A stretch of 50,156 nt of DNA, the filler included, from Circinaria calcarea (lineage: Eukaryota), in the NCBI GenBank assembly GCA_051942165.1. It is 2 parts of 2 records of this genome, joined end to end, with 100 filler letters (N's around TTAATTAATTAA, not from the genome) between each part and the next. Parts side by side here need not be neighbours in the genome. Positions count along the whole stretch, not along the records: positions 1 to 25,074 come from JAVECS010000098.1; 1 more part is not named here. The stretch is one strand, 5' to 3'. The notes below the pieces were generated by a model. That model did no database searches and was not told the DNA's origin. It saw nothing but the letters and a program-made list of their open reading frames with translations. Made by a program: the position numbers and the translations under genes. Position 1 is the first letter of the stretch. Every line of letters begins with the position of its first letter. Shown in pieces: positions 11,421-22,015 of this stretch.

Positions 11421-13444
11421 CTAAGTTGATTCGTTTTCCAAAGGAGTGAAGATAAGTTCCAGTTTCCCAGGTGCTGCCGTGAACTGATCTTTCATATCCT
11501 TCCAAACCCTGATCCCATCTTCCCCAGGCGCGAAAGTTATGTCATACTTACTCACTAATAGCGCAGTCACGAACCGCACCTCTGCGAGCGCCAAGTTCTT
11601 CCCTACGCAAGCAAAGCGGCCAATGCTAAAGGGCGTGAAAGCTTTCCTATCCGCCACCATCTCAGGTTTAGAATACCATCGCTCGGGGATGAACTCTGCG
11701 GCCTTTTCGAAAGACTTCTCGACTGCAGGGGAAGTTAGACCTTTCCTTCTTCTATCTCAAAGTGGATTAAAGCGAATAGAGAAATGGAAGGACGTACGGC
11801 GACCCATTGTATAGCGCGGAGATACGATAGTGGTGTTTCCGGGGATGAAGTGGCCCGCGATCTCAACACCTTGTGGAGGACTCTCGCGATAGCCGCCGGT
11901 TGGGACCGAGGGGTGTAAGCGAAGTGTTTCATTTATCGCGCCATTCAAGTGGTCAAGAGTCTTCAAAGCCTTTGTGTCGTAGATAGAAGGGATGGTATCC
12001 AATTCAGTGCGGATTTTTTTAGCATGCTGAGGCTCTAAAGCTAGACGGTAGAAGAGGTAAATCATAGTTGACGCAACCGTGTCGCTGTTGGTCATCAGTC
12101 AATATAATGAGATTCGTGACTCTATTGGCCAGAACTTGCCTGCCAGCAACGATTAAAGCTACTGAATCACCATTTAGCCAGAACTGATCTTCCTTTAAAC
12201 TGTTCTTCTTTTTGGAGCCGTCGATCAGCCATGAAGAAATCTGCGCATCAATATCAGCTTGAAAGTCAAGCCTATATACTAGCGAAGATAGCATACGTCA
12301 GGTTTGTCCACTTCAGTCTGAATAAAAAGCGTGTGTTAGCTTACATTATGCTGACGTGAACAGAGGAAGAAGCCTATTGCTTACATGGATTCGCTCACCC
12401 ATACGTTCGGCACACCACGAAATCATCTTATTCCAGTCTCGTACAACTGGGATCACTGGGAAGCTGAAGGCTAGCTGAACTAGCCAGGGTACAGAGCTTA
12501 AAGGACCTAGTAGATTGAGTGCCCTTCGCAGCATTAGAACAGCATAGTGCCATTCTTTACTCTCCAGCATTTTGAAAGACTTTGCAAATGCAAAGTCTCC
12601 CATAACATCAAAGCTAAGAAAGTAAAACCAAGTTGAGACGTCTACTGGTTTCCCAGAGGTACTTGCGATATGCTTTTCAAGTAGCAACCCATATGTCTGG
12701 ATACGCTTTTCATAACCCTCCAGAGCTGTCAAACAAGGTATTAAGAATAAACTAGTTTCTCTGAATGAAGGAGGCTAACCTTTTACAGTAAAAGCGCGGT
12801 CCCAAATCCGGCGACGGTGGTCATGCTCCTTCTTATCTCGAGTCGTATTAAGAGCAATGAGTGGCAGAAGAATATCGTACCAAACCGCTTTATTGCAATG
12901 GTTGGCAGGACCGTCAACTGCCCATTTGACTTCCGGTGTAAAGATAGTTATTTCAGTTGGACCTTCAATATTTCATTGTAAGCTAGGAAACAGATATTTT
13001 ATAGAATAGCTCTCTCCTCTTACCAGTTCGCACAAAATCCCCGTATTTCTCGTGCAAGCCGTCTAGTAAGATATGATTCTGAGAGTCCAATGTATTTGCG
13101 GTATGCCAAAGTTTGGTGACGCCCGCCATAAATGGACCTGGGAACTTGCGCAACCGATGAAAACCTTTCCGGTAGATGACAATGCTTGTTAAGAGCGAGA
13201 GAGCGTAGGCAGCGAAAACTGAGAGTGTTTCCATAACACCACGGAATGCGCTTTGATTCTTGACTGCAATCTCCCCATACAGCAAGATAAAACATAGGAT
13301 TAAATACAACCAGAAAAGTATTGGAGCCTTCATATGATATTCACCGTAGATGTAAAAACAAAGATGCGAGGCAATGCCAAATACTGCTGCCACAAATACT
13401 TCCTCCAACAACGTCCAGTTGGTCGGAAAAGTTGACAATAACAT
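11421..13444 (-). CDS. Cytochrome P450 monooxygenase, multi-exon, with a short TEVDKPD exon and one GC-AG intron (12085-12139)
   Basis: ATG at 13444, then N-terminal TM segments, FPGP hinge, I-helix AG|SDT, K-helix ETLR, FIPERW and heme motif FSIGRFACVGKNLA. Spliced exons appear in frame. Confidence 0.93.
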
Positions 13445-14196
13445 AATGAAATATTTGTTTGCGTTACAATAAAGCTTGTTAGTAATAGAGAAGTTGATTA
13501 AGTGTGAAAACTTGTGGGGAGAAGATGTTGACAGTAGACAGAATAGGAGGAGAGTCTGGGCGAGGTGGTTCTTACTGAAAAGTACATTCGTGATTCTGCT
13601 TACCTTGCACCACACCACATTAAATTACCGATCAGTCTTAAATAGCCAACAGGTAAGAGATGTAGATCCCCTGACGCAATCCCGTTAACCAGACAAGTCA
13701 ATTGTGCCAAGATACGGAAAATACCGAACATATTCTGTTGAACTCTCCACAAGAGCGGGAGGATTCAAGTGCGAGGCACACCTTGGGTAGAAGGGAAAAG
13801 TCCGAGTGGTGGACGGTCTCACGGCACAGTCTGTCGGCTTGGGATTGAGTTCTAGTAGGATTGGACTGTTACCTTGGACGCGCACTCTCCACAATGGGTG
13901 GTTCAATTATGAATGTTTCAGTGGCCATGCACTTCCTTGCAGCTGGCTTTCCTACCACATTGCCCGAGGTGTGCATACTACGGTAGGCAACCCTGGCGTT
14001 TTAAGCTAAAATATAGATAGCCAGGCGCAGGTATGCAAGATCTCCTTAGACCCCTCTGTACTATTGCGGCGACTGCAGCTGGAGGGTAGGGAATATTTGA
14101 GCCAAAAGCGCTCACGCCTAAGCTCACACATGGGTAGAATAATCTCTGCACCTCATCACCATGCTAGTAGATTACATGCTCAGCTCCATCCTCCAA

Positions 14197-15069
14197 CGAG
14201 CCGTCTCCGGACAGTACGCTTTCGCCAAAGTTTGTACTGTCCGAACCTTCGGTGCATGGGTGGAGCGGGGACTAAAAGCGAGTTAGTGGAGATGGCTGGG
14301 ATACAACCATGCTTAGGGTTGTATTGTAGCTTAGCTTCCATACAAACTTACCGCACACAATCAATCTTCCCACTTTTCTTCCATTTTTCTCTCCCAAGTC
14401 CCCCACACACATAGAATTGTACATTCTTGTAATACAATACGAGCCAATTGCTAATTAGTATAATAATTTAACATACTATGGAGCCTACCAATTTTTCCAC
14501 CTCTTTGCCAGCGGAGCTCATCCATTCAGTGACCCCTGAGCTTGCTGGCGCAATCAGGAAAGCCACAGAGAGGCTATACCCGAAGCGCATCGACGTCGGC
14601 CTGTCCAGGACGACGTGGTGGAGTCACTAAAGGTCGGTTTTATTCGCCTGCAGGATTTCGCAACGGAAACGAACTGTGGAGGCAGCGGCGGCGAAGGAAG
14701 CGGCGAAGGAAGCAGCGAAGGGAGCGAAGGAAGCGGCGAAGGTGAAGAAGGAAGCCAAGACGCAGGCAAAGGAAAGGAAGATTCGTAAATCGAAGCTAAT
14801 ACGGACCAGCCAGATATTCGATTCATTCGTGGATCCTAGTCAGAGGTACGAATTAGTAATTAGAAGCTCATAGTAAATACATACATATATTACATATATT
14901 ATTGCGCATTATAATGCATTCCAATGCGCAACATCTATTCGAATTACTATATGGCTTATGAATATATTACTAGTACTAATCTACTGAATTAGTGCCCGCT
15001 CCACCCTTGCACAAAAATAGCGGACAGTACGAAACTTTGGCGAAAGCGTACTTGTCCGGAGACGGCTCG
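14197..15069. mobile_element. Non-autonomous Mutator-like (MULE) DNA transposon, 873 bp
   Basis: Long (~80 bp) imperfect TIRs: CGAGCCGTCTCCGGACAGTACGCTTTCGCCAAAGTTT... and ...AAACTTTGGCGAAAGCGTACTTGTCCGGAGACGGCTCG. Perfect 9-bp TSD ATCCTCCAA at 14188-14196 and 15070-15078. No intact transposase inside. Confidence 0.88.
14688..14742 (+). repeat. Imperfect 12-bp tandem repeat (GCGGCGAAGGAA) inside the MULE
   Basis: Directly visible; would encode AAKEAAKEAAKGAKEAAK. Confidence 0.8.
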
Positions 15070-15229
15070 ATCCTCCAAACATGGCGGTCTTACTCAAGTA
15101 GGAAACATGGGTTTTCCGTGGAAGCCTCTACTTACGCACCACATATCTGCCGATAGCGCTGAGATTCTCTCAGCCGTAACCTAATTTCTTTGCCGTTAGA
15201 CTACCGAAACGGGGTCCGGCAAATAAGCC

Positions 15230-15489
15230 TAGCGTCGCCAGTAGTCCCAACGGTCTAGTCGGGCTCTAAGATTGTGGCTGCCTTGGCAGTCCAGAATCTG
15301 GAGCCGAGGGTATATTCCTAAATCGTAGAAGAACATACAATAGGGGTAGGTTATCAGCCTGGACTGATAGCTTAGTCCAGTTCACTACCCCTAGACTGGA
15401 ATGTTGATCCGCCCTGTGAACTATTAATCCCACTAAGAGTGTGACTGCAGTCCACCAGTCCAGTTCAGTCCAGGCTACTGGCGGCGCTG
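15230..15489. mobile_element. Second MITE of the same TIR family as 11066-11296 (~260 bp)
   Basis: Ends TAGCGTCGCCAGTAGTCC and GGCTACTGGCGGCGCTG. Many internal AGTCC/GGACT motifs, as in the first copy. Flanking 8-mers AATAAGCC / ACTATGCC (6/8 match) are consistent with an eroded 8-bp hAT-type TSD. Confidence 0.75.
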
Positions 15490-16037
15490 ACTATGCCGCA
15501 CAGATTGCGGCGATCATACATTACATCGGAGTGATAATTTGTATGTGCCGGCATAAATTACTAGGGTTCGACACACTCACTTACTAAGAGCCTAAGTCAT
15601 GCCACCCACTTATATGCTTCAGAGACTAAAATACATTACAGTTGGACTAAGTACAAGACATTATAAAACATAGTAAGGAACGCTCAACTATTCTGCGTTA
15701 CTGATCAATGCTACGTATGCGGCATCTGCTTGTTTCAGCTCTATGACGAAGTCCAAAGTCTAAGCAACTATCCTCCTCTACTTGTTGATTGGCTGATACT
15801 GTGAAAGATAGAAGTACCCTGCCAGCTCAGGGTTCCAAAAGGCTCACCAAGCTGAATTCAATAATCCGTGCCTCTGCCACTCGAGATAATGCGTTGCATT
15901 TCCGGCTCCTTCTATGCATTCCATTTTCAGCTCCTTCTGTGCGTTCCTGCAAAGCTTTATCTTGTCAACTCAATCAACCTTCCCGCCCTATCAGTCGAGT
16001 ACTTAACCCCTCAAGGAATCTTATCAAAGTACTAAAC

Positions 16038-17084
16038 ATGAGGAACCAATGTGTGGAAAAGAAAACCCTCACGGAACCACATCAGGTAAGAGACCTGTAT
16101 ATATATTTTATAACCTTACAAGGTCTGAAAATGTCCTGGTGCTAACTAGTACTAACTTGTTTGAAGGCAATGAAACATTTTCAAAAAAGGAAATCACTGT
16201 TCTATCACGTATACACAATATGGCTTTTTACCCGCAGTGACCTGAAAACGATCGTCATTCCAAGTACGGTTTTTGGCGTGGTCTGTACTTTGTCGGGACC
16301 AGTACTAACGACCAATCCGTCGCCTTCGATACTCGACACTGGAAAGCGTCTACCAATAACCGTGTATTGGGTTTGGGTCAATCTATTACCGTTCGCGATA
16401 GATAATCAGCGGCAGCCAGAAGGCATTAAGGAAGACATCGAAAACAAGGCCTGGAGACCACTACCATCGAAGAGGTTAACAGCAAGACAAGCGACTTTGC
16501 TGATGCTGGCGTTATATCCTGTAGCATTTTTATCCAGTCTATATTTCGGAGGGATATGGCAGTGCATCATTCTAATGGGCCTAGGATATTGGTACAATGA
16601 TCTGAAGGGAGCCGATAGCAGTTGTATAACCCGGAACTTCATCAATGCCTGCGGTTACATTTGCTTTATTTCTGGATCCTTTGAAATCGCGTTCAATTGT
16701 TCAGTTGCTTTCCTGGAGCCGGTGGCCTACAAATGGGTCCTCACAATTGGCCTGGTAGTCCTTACCACGATACAATCGCAAGACATGTACGATCAAGCTG
16801 GTGATAGCCTCCGCAAGCGTTGGACTGTCCCGTTGGTAGTTGGGGACTCGGCAGCGAGGTGGACTATTGCAGTCCCTATAGGAATCTGGTCCTGGGTTTG
16901 TCCAGCATTCTGGCAGATTGGCGTGGAAGGTTTTGCGACATCCACCGTCTTAGGGATCATCATCATTTGGAGAATCTTCTTGAAGAGAACGGCCGAAGCG
17001 GACAAGACTTCGTTTCGAATTTATAATATGTGGATGGTTAGCCTGTACTTGTTACCATTGCTAAAAAGGTTAAGCGAGTTTTAG
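16038..17084 (+). CDS. UbiA-type membrane terpene cyclase (Fma-TC/Af520-like), intron 16086-16166
   Basis: Exon 1 (ATG 16038-16085) splices GTAAGA...AAG in frame to ORF 16161-17084. Multi-TM protein with TIWLFTRSDLKTI, NQRQPEGIKEDIENKAWRPLPS, WYND..G and QDMYDQAGDSLRKRWTVPLVVGD, the motif set of the fungal UbiA-type terpene cyclase subfamily. Confidence 0.85.
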
Positions 17085-17380
17085 CAACGCCGTTGGAGAT
17101 TGACGACATGAGCTTCAGACGATTAGACTCATCACCTACCCTGGTTTCTTCCACCATAGTCCAAAAGTTGAGAACTCTATAAAGTGGGCAAATACGTCAA
17201 ATCGTCTCTTTCAAAGTCTCGAGCAGCCAGGCTAATGACCAATGTAACTCACGGTTTCTTCCATATTGACATTGCGAGAAAAGGCGAGAAGGTACTAACC
17301 CAGGTTTTGATGCCGGACCTGATGACCTATCCCGTAAGCTCTTTTCTTGCAACGAGAAACTGATGAAAAGAATAGGCAAG

Positions 17381-17521
17381 TTTTAGGTATCTAGGGATTC
17401 TCGTACACTAGCTATCAAACGCTCAAGCCACCTTTCGTGGTCTGCCCCTATGCATCCTCAGCTCTTCGGCGCTAGTTCTAGGCCCGGGATTTTTTTTGGT
17501 TCCTCGCACCGACGGTCTTAT
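17381..17521 (+). repeat. Direct repeat, copy 2 (141 bp); begins 27 nt downstream of the EB1 stop codon (likely EB1 3' UTR)
   Basis: ~94% identical to 1968-2107 in the same orientation. Confidence 0.97.
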
Positions 17522-17547
17522 CACCACTAGTCAGGGGTATTTGCTAC

Positions 17548-18670
17548 TCAAAATGTCTCCAGATCGTCCCCAGCTGCTCCCTCCGCTTCTGCGGGAATCT
17601 CGAATCCCTCCTACGGGTACCATCCATGTCAGTATTGTGTTTCGTGAACGTGAACTGTACGACTCACCTCCGTCGAGTACAATATCGCCTGGATATGCTT
17701 CACCAACCCTTCCTCGTCCTTTTCAATCTCCGGATCCGCCTCGATGGCCTGCTGCACGAGCAGCTCAATATCTCTGAGCTTGCTAAAGTAGAAATCCCGC
17801 TCCCGCTCCAAACCCGCCACTGTCTCCTTCAACTGCGCGTTCTCCTGTGCCACCGCTGACGAAGTCGCGCTCCCCCCAATTGTCCTTGCGGGCCGTACAG
17901 CGGTGGTTTTGGTGGGAGTGTTGCCTCTTCGAGCAGCCCCAGCACCGGATGTAGATGTACGAGCTGCCGATACCGCTGCCGGTGGAGGAGCCGCCGCGGC
18001 TCCTGCCGGGGCGCCTGAAGCTTTCCGCCGTGCGATGGCGTCGTATTCACCACCGGGGAAGTATTGGTCCCAGAAGCGCTTAGTCCATTGGAGGAACTCG
18101 AGGTTATCTTGCATTTTACACTTTACAAGGTTTTCAATGGGAACGAGGCGCTCGATCTGATGTTTGGTAAAACAGTCTGTGAGGTTTAAATAGTCAGCTT
18201 TCAGGGCCTTGCGGTTTGAAAGGAGAGGGGAGTGATACTCTGAAGAATTTTGAAGTTCTGAAGGTAGAGGTATTCGGTGTTCACGTTGAATTTTACTTTG
18301 GACATTGGTAGGTCCTCTGAAAGGGTTAGTGAACGAGAGCTCGTCAAGGTGGCGTGTACATCGACGCACGGAAGATGCTATCGTAAATTTGACATAACGC
18401 GGCCCTGATGGTTCAAAGCATGTCAGTCTCGACTCAACTCCTTCATATGCAGCCATATATGGGCCTTTACTCTCTCCATCGGTGGGGAATGGTCTGGTGG
18501 GAGAGCGTACCCTGTTCCACACTGCTCGACTCTAGTAATGTTGAGTTGTAGTAGGTTGTTCATCCATGCCAATAGCTCCTGTCTGGTTGGGGGCACGTAT
18601 CAGCAACGGACACTGAGGATCAAGTGACTGTAAACGTTTTGGATGCCTGTGTTTACCTTGATTCACCCAT
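17548..18670 (-). CDS. BIM1: EB1 family microtubule plus-end binding protein (Bim1/Mal3), multi-exon
   Basis: CH domain MGESR|QELLAWMNNLLQLNITRVEQCGTG|AALCQIYDSIF...KCKMQDNLEFLQWTKRFWDQ, EBH domain LERERDFYFSKLRDIELL, and terminal exon EGFEIP...DLETF* (TGA at 17548-17550). Confidence 0.95.
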
Positions 18671-19172
18671 CTTGGGCGGCGTCTGAAGATTTGGACCAGG
18701 TACACGGTTTGGGAGCAAGGACGTTTAGATAGGTTGAGAGGAGTGGGAAGTAACCTCCGGATATGCAGTACAGTATCAGGTTGATGTCGGAGAGGTAGTT
18801 TTTTGGGCTTCACTGTCACGATTGGAGCAGTAAATTAGTTGCAACGCTTATCCGCCAATCATCACGCGAATTAGAGCTTACCAGATTACTGACATAAGCT
18901 CGAAGGAAAAGCCCTAATTTACGTCATTCATTGAGGCTAATGGTCTCATTTGAACTGGGCAAGGTAGTTCTTTTTGTTCTACAATTTTTAACTCGGGAAA
19001 GAGAGCAAGAAGATACAGATGCATTACATGTTTTGCAATCGGACACCGTCAATGAGCGCAATAAGCGATGCGAATTCTACACTCCTGAAGCTAAGCCCTT
19101 ATTCAGCAACTTGCCACCGCTAGAACCGATGGAGTACAGCGTCGAAGGAAAATCAAGATCTATAGGAATTGG

Positions 19173-19190
19173 TCACGTGAGATCACGTGA
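19173..19190. promoter_or_regulatory. Tandem palindromic E-boxes TCACGTGA (Cbf1/bHLH-type), ~500 bp upstream of the EB1 ATG
   Basis: GG-TCACGTGA-GA-TCACGTGA at 19173-19180 and 19183-19190. Confidence 0.4.
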
Positions 19191-19273
19191 GTGCTTATGT
19201 AATATGAACTAGTCTATTTACTATATAGAGATCTCGCGTAATAGCAAGCAACATCAGCTTGGAATAATACAGA

Positions 19274-21426
19274 TCAACCTTCAAGTAACTCTACGCCTGG
19301 TAGTTGATATCCAAAGTCCATGACGACAACCCGACTGTCCTGGCTCGCTGCCACGATCCTTCGATAATCCGACTTGGCTGCCAACATCCAGGAAGTAGTC
19401 CATCCGGTAAAGTCACAAATCACGTCACCTGTATGGCTATCAAAGGCCTTGACACTTGTATCGTAGCTACCGCTGATAATCCTGCCGTTCGCACTGTCAA
19501 GATATAGCGATCTGACCAGATCGCGATGTCCCTCGAGCGTTCGTATCCGTTTCCCTGTATTTGCGTCGAATTGGTAGATGACCTGATCATTCCCCCCTGC
19601 TAGAATAGTACTAGAGTCTGGACTGAACTCCACACAAGCCATGCCTCGATCTTTGCTTGGAAACTCCTTGATGCAGAGTCCGGATTCCAGGTTCCAGAGC
19701 TTCGCGAACCCATCGCCACTTGCAGACACAACCAGACTACCTCGTAGTTGGACTGCGTTGACAGGACCTCTGTGTCCTCGGAGAACTCGGAGAAGATGCC
19801 CAGTCTGTCGGTCCCAAAGACACAGGGACGAATCTTTCGAGCAGGAAACGATGTGCTTCGCGTCAAAGCAGACATCAAGCACCCCTGCTTTGTGGTGACG
19901 AAGCCGCCGATTAGGCTTATAGTCTTCCTGAATGTCCCATATGATTAACGTGTGGTCTGATGAGCCAGTAATCATAATGTCCTTATCAAACTGCAAGCAC
20001 AAAATGGAGCCCTTGTGGTGAAGGGAAGGGTCCGCTATGAAAGAAGGTTCCTCATGCCTCGAGGCAGTGATGGAAATTGTGGGCTTCCGTCCGCGGCTTG
20101 TCACATTGGCTAATGGCTCATTCATGTGAATGTTGCCAGGCTTTGGAACGCCCAAGACTTTGATGCACTTATATGTATGAGCGTCCCAGACTCTCACAGT
20201 CCGATCTCTGCTGCCGGTAACTATCTTGTGCCTATGCACGTCTTTAGCATTGATTGTACTGGAGTAGGGGTTTACTCACTCGTCAAATTGAACACAATAG
20301 ACACTATCCCTATGGCCTTCAAGGTATATCGCTGCAGCAGAACTGCTAGTCCATCGGCTTTGAAGTGCTTTACGTATCTTCCACATCCTTTTCCAGTTCT
20401 GGTCTGGTCTCTCCTTCCCTAAGCCAAAGCCGCCAACGTCAACAATGGGCATGTTATCCGGAGAAGGGAAACACGGCAGGCCAAATTCTCTCCAGAAAAT
20501 ATGTTTCCAAACATGAGATGAGGCTGCCGTACGATGCCATCGGCGGGAGACGAGGTCAGCGTTGATAATCGAGGCTGCGTCAAGGTAGGATAAGATATGG
20601 GTTACAAGCTCCTCTGGTAGGGAGTAACTCGGGTCTAGTGATAGCCGGTTAGTCGAATATAGGATAGCTTTCCACTAATAGCAATAGAATACCAACCCCG
20701 TCTAACGACTGGCAGCGTATTGTCCATGTAATCGAATTGCCCCCGAACTTCGATGCCAACACCGCTCTCAGAGTCATTCGGCACCTTTGACTCAGTCGAC
20801 TTTAAATCTTGACGTGGTACTCTTGTCCGCTTTGCTTCGAATTTCTCGTTTTGCGCAGCGGCTGCTGCCCTAGCTGCGGTACCACCAGCTACTGTGCACG
20901 GAACAAATGATGGTTCTATACGCGTACTCGGCGAGATTGAATTGACAGGGCTTTGAGACGTGCTATTATGTGTTGTAAGGGTCTTAAGCAGAGAAGGCCG
21001 TCGACTGCGGCCAAAGCTTGTGCTTGCGGCGCGTCGAAGCCAGTTGGGAGAGGGCGGTTGATCTGGATGATCGCGCTCACTGTCGACCGCAGTACTGCTT
21101 TCCCTATCACACAAACCGATGATTGATCGCATTGTTCTTTGTGGGAAGGAGCGAAGGTCACATAACGCGTCACCAAATGATGCCTTCCGAAGCCGACGAG
21201 GTTCATGGCTGGGCGAGATGATTGGAGACTCCGGCTCTTCGAGATGTTTTTCAATGTAGAAAGTGTTTAGAGTAGTCTTGAGGTCCATCAATGAGCCTCT
21301 TTCATCGTCGATGTATGAAGAGCCATTGCAAGTATTCCCTGTCAACCTGAATCCTTGAAGTGACCCTGTCCTTCTTATGCATTCCTTCTCTTTTGGGGAT
21401 TTAGCCAACAGTTGGGATCGTTCCAT
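19274..21426 (-). CDS. F-box/WD40 repeat protein (beta-TrCP/Pof11-like SCF substrate adaptor), two introns; start codon uncertain
   Basis: F-box DPSYSLPEELVTHILSYLDA after intron 1. WD40 repeats GHRDSVYCVQFDE|HKIVTGSRDRTVRVWD, HKGSILCLQFD, HKAGVLDVCFD and GHRGPVNAVQL. Confidence 0.9.
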
Positions 21427-22015
21427 GGTCGTGCCGGGGCTTCACTTTGTCTAAGATCGTCCACAAGTTTCGTGAGCAAGACGTAATTGTAGACAACAGA
21501 TAGATAAATAGTAGCTTTTCTGATCTGGACAACACCGGGTCTCCAGGTACATACACAATGTTGCGTTGCAACGCTAGCACTACCAACAGGAGGACAGATT
21601 CTTGATAGTAGTTAGAGAAGGAAATCGTAATACTCTCATAGTTTAAAAGAACAGAAGAAACTGGCAGAAGGCATTGAAATACAGCCCCCGTAATCTTGTT
21701 GTTACGAGTAAGATGGAGAATTTCAGCGCAAAGAGGCGAAATCTTTCGACTTTGTTGACACATGTTTCTCATCGCCATATTTAGGGACACAGGGGTTTCG
21801 ATTTCAGACAGGCCCCTGAACCTTTGAAGGCTGAAGCATGGAGTCTAGTCTTTAAATGGCGTAGGTCCATCGAACTGGACGCAGGGTCCTTTGGGTTATG
21901 GCAACAGATTATGACGTCTTTGAACACGTTGAAACGTGATAAGTGATCAAATCGAGATACATAAGAGGACTCCAGAAAAGACGGACAGTTGGACATCTTA
22001 CTTCTTCAAAGACCC

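Noticed and set aside
14542..14873. Short overlapping ORFs (Arg-rich, Pro/Ser-rich, AAKE-rich) as host genes
   Set aside because: They are alternative readings of a 12-bp tandem repeat inside the MULE.
16038..17084. Coq2/Cox10-type primary-metabolism prenyltransferase
   Set aside because: It lacks the canonical NDxxDxxxD first motif (it has NQ...ED) and a mitochondrial presequence; motifs and context fit the Fma-TC-like cyclase subfamily.
1968..17521. Starship or LTR retrotransposon as the explanation for the repeat-flanked block
   Set aside because: No DUF3435 tyrosine recombinase at either end and no gag/pol remnants. The repeats lack TG...CA LTR ends and match the EB1 3' flank.
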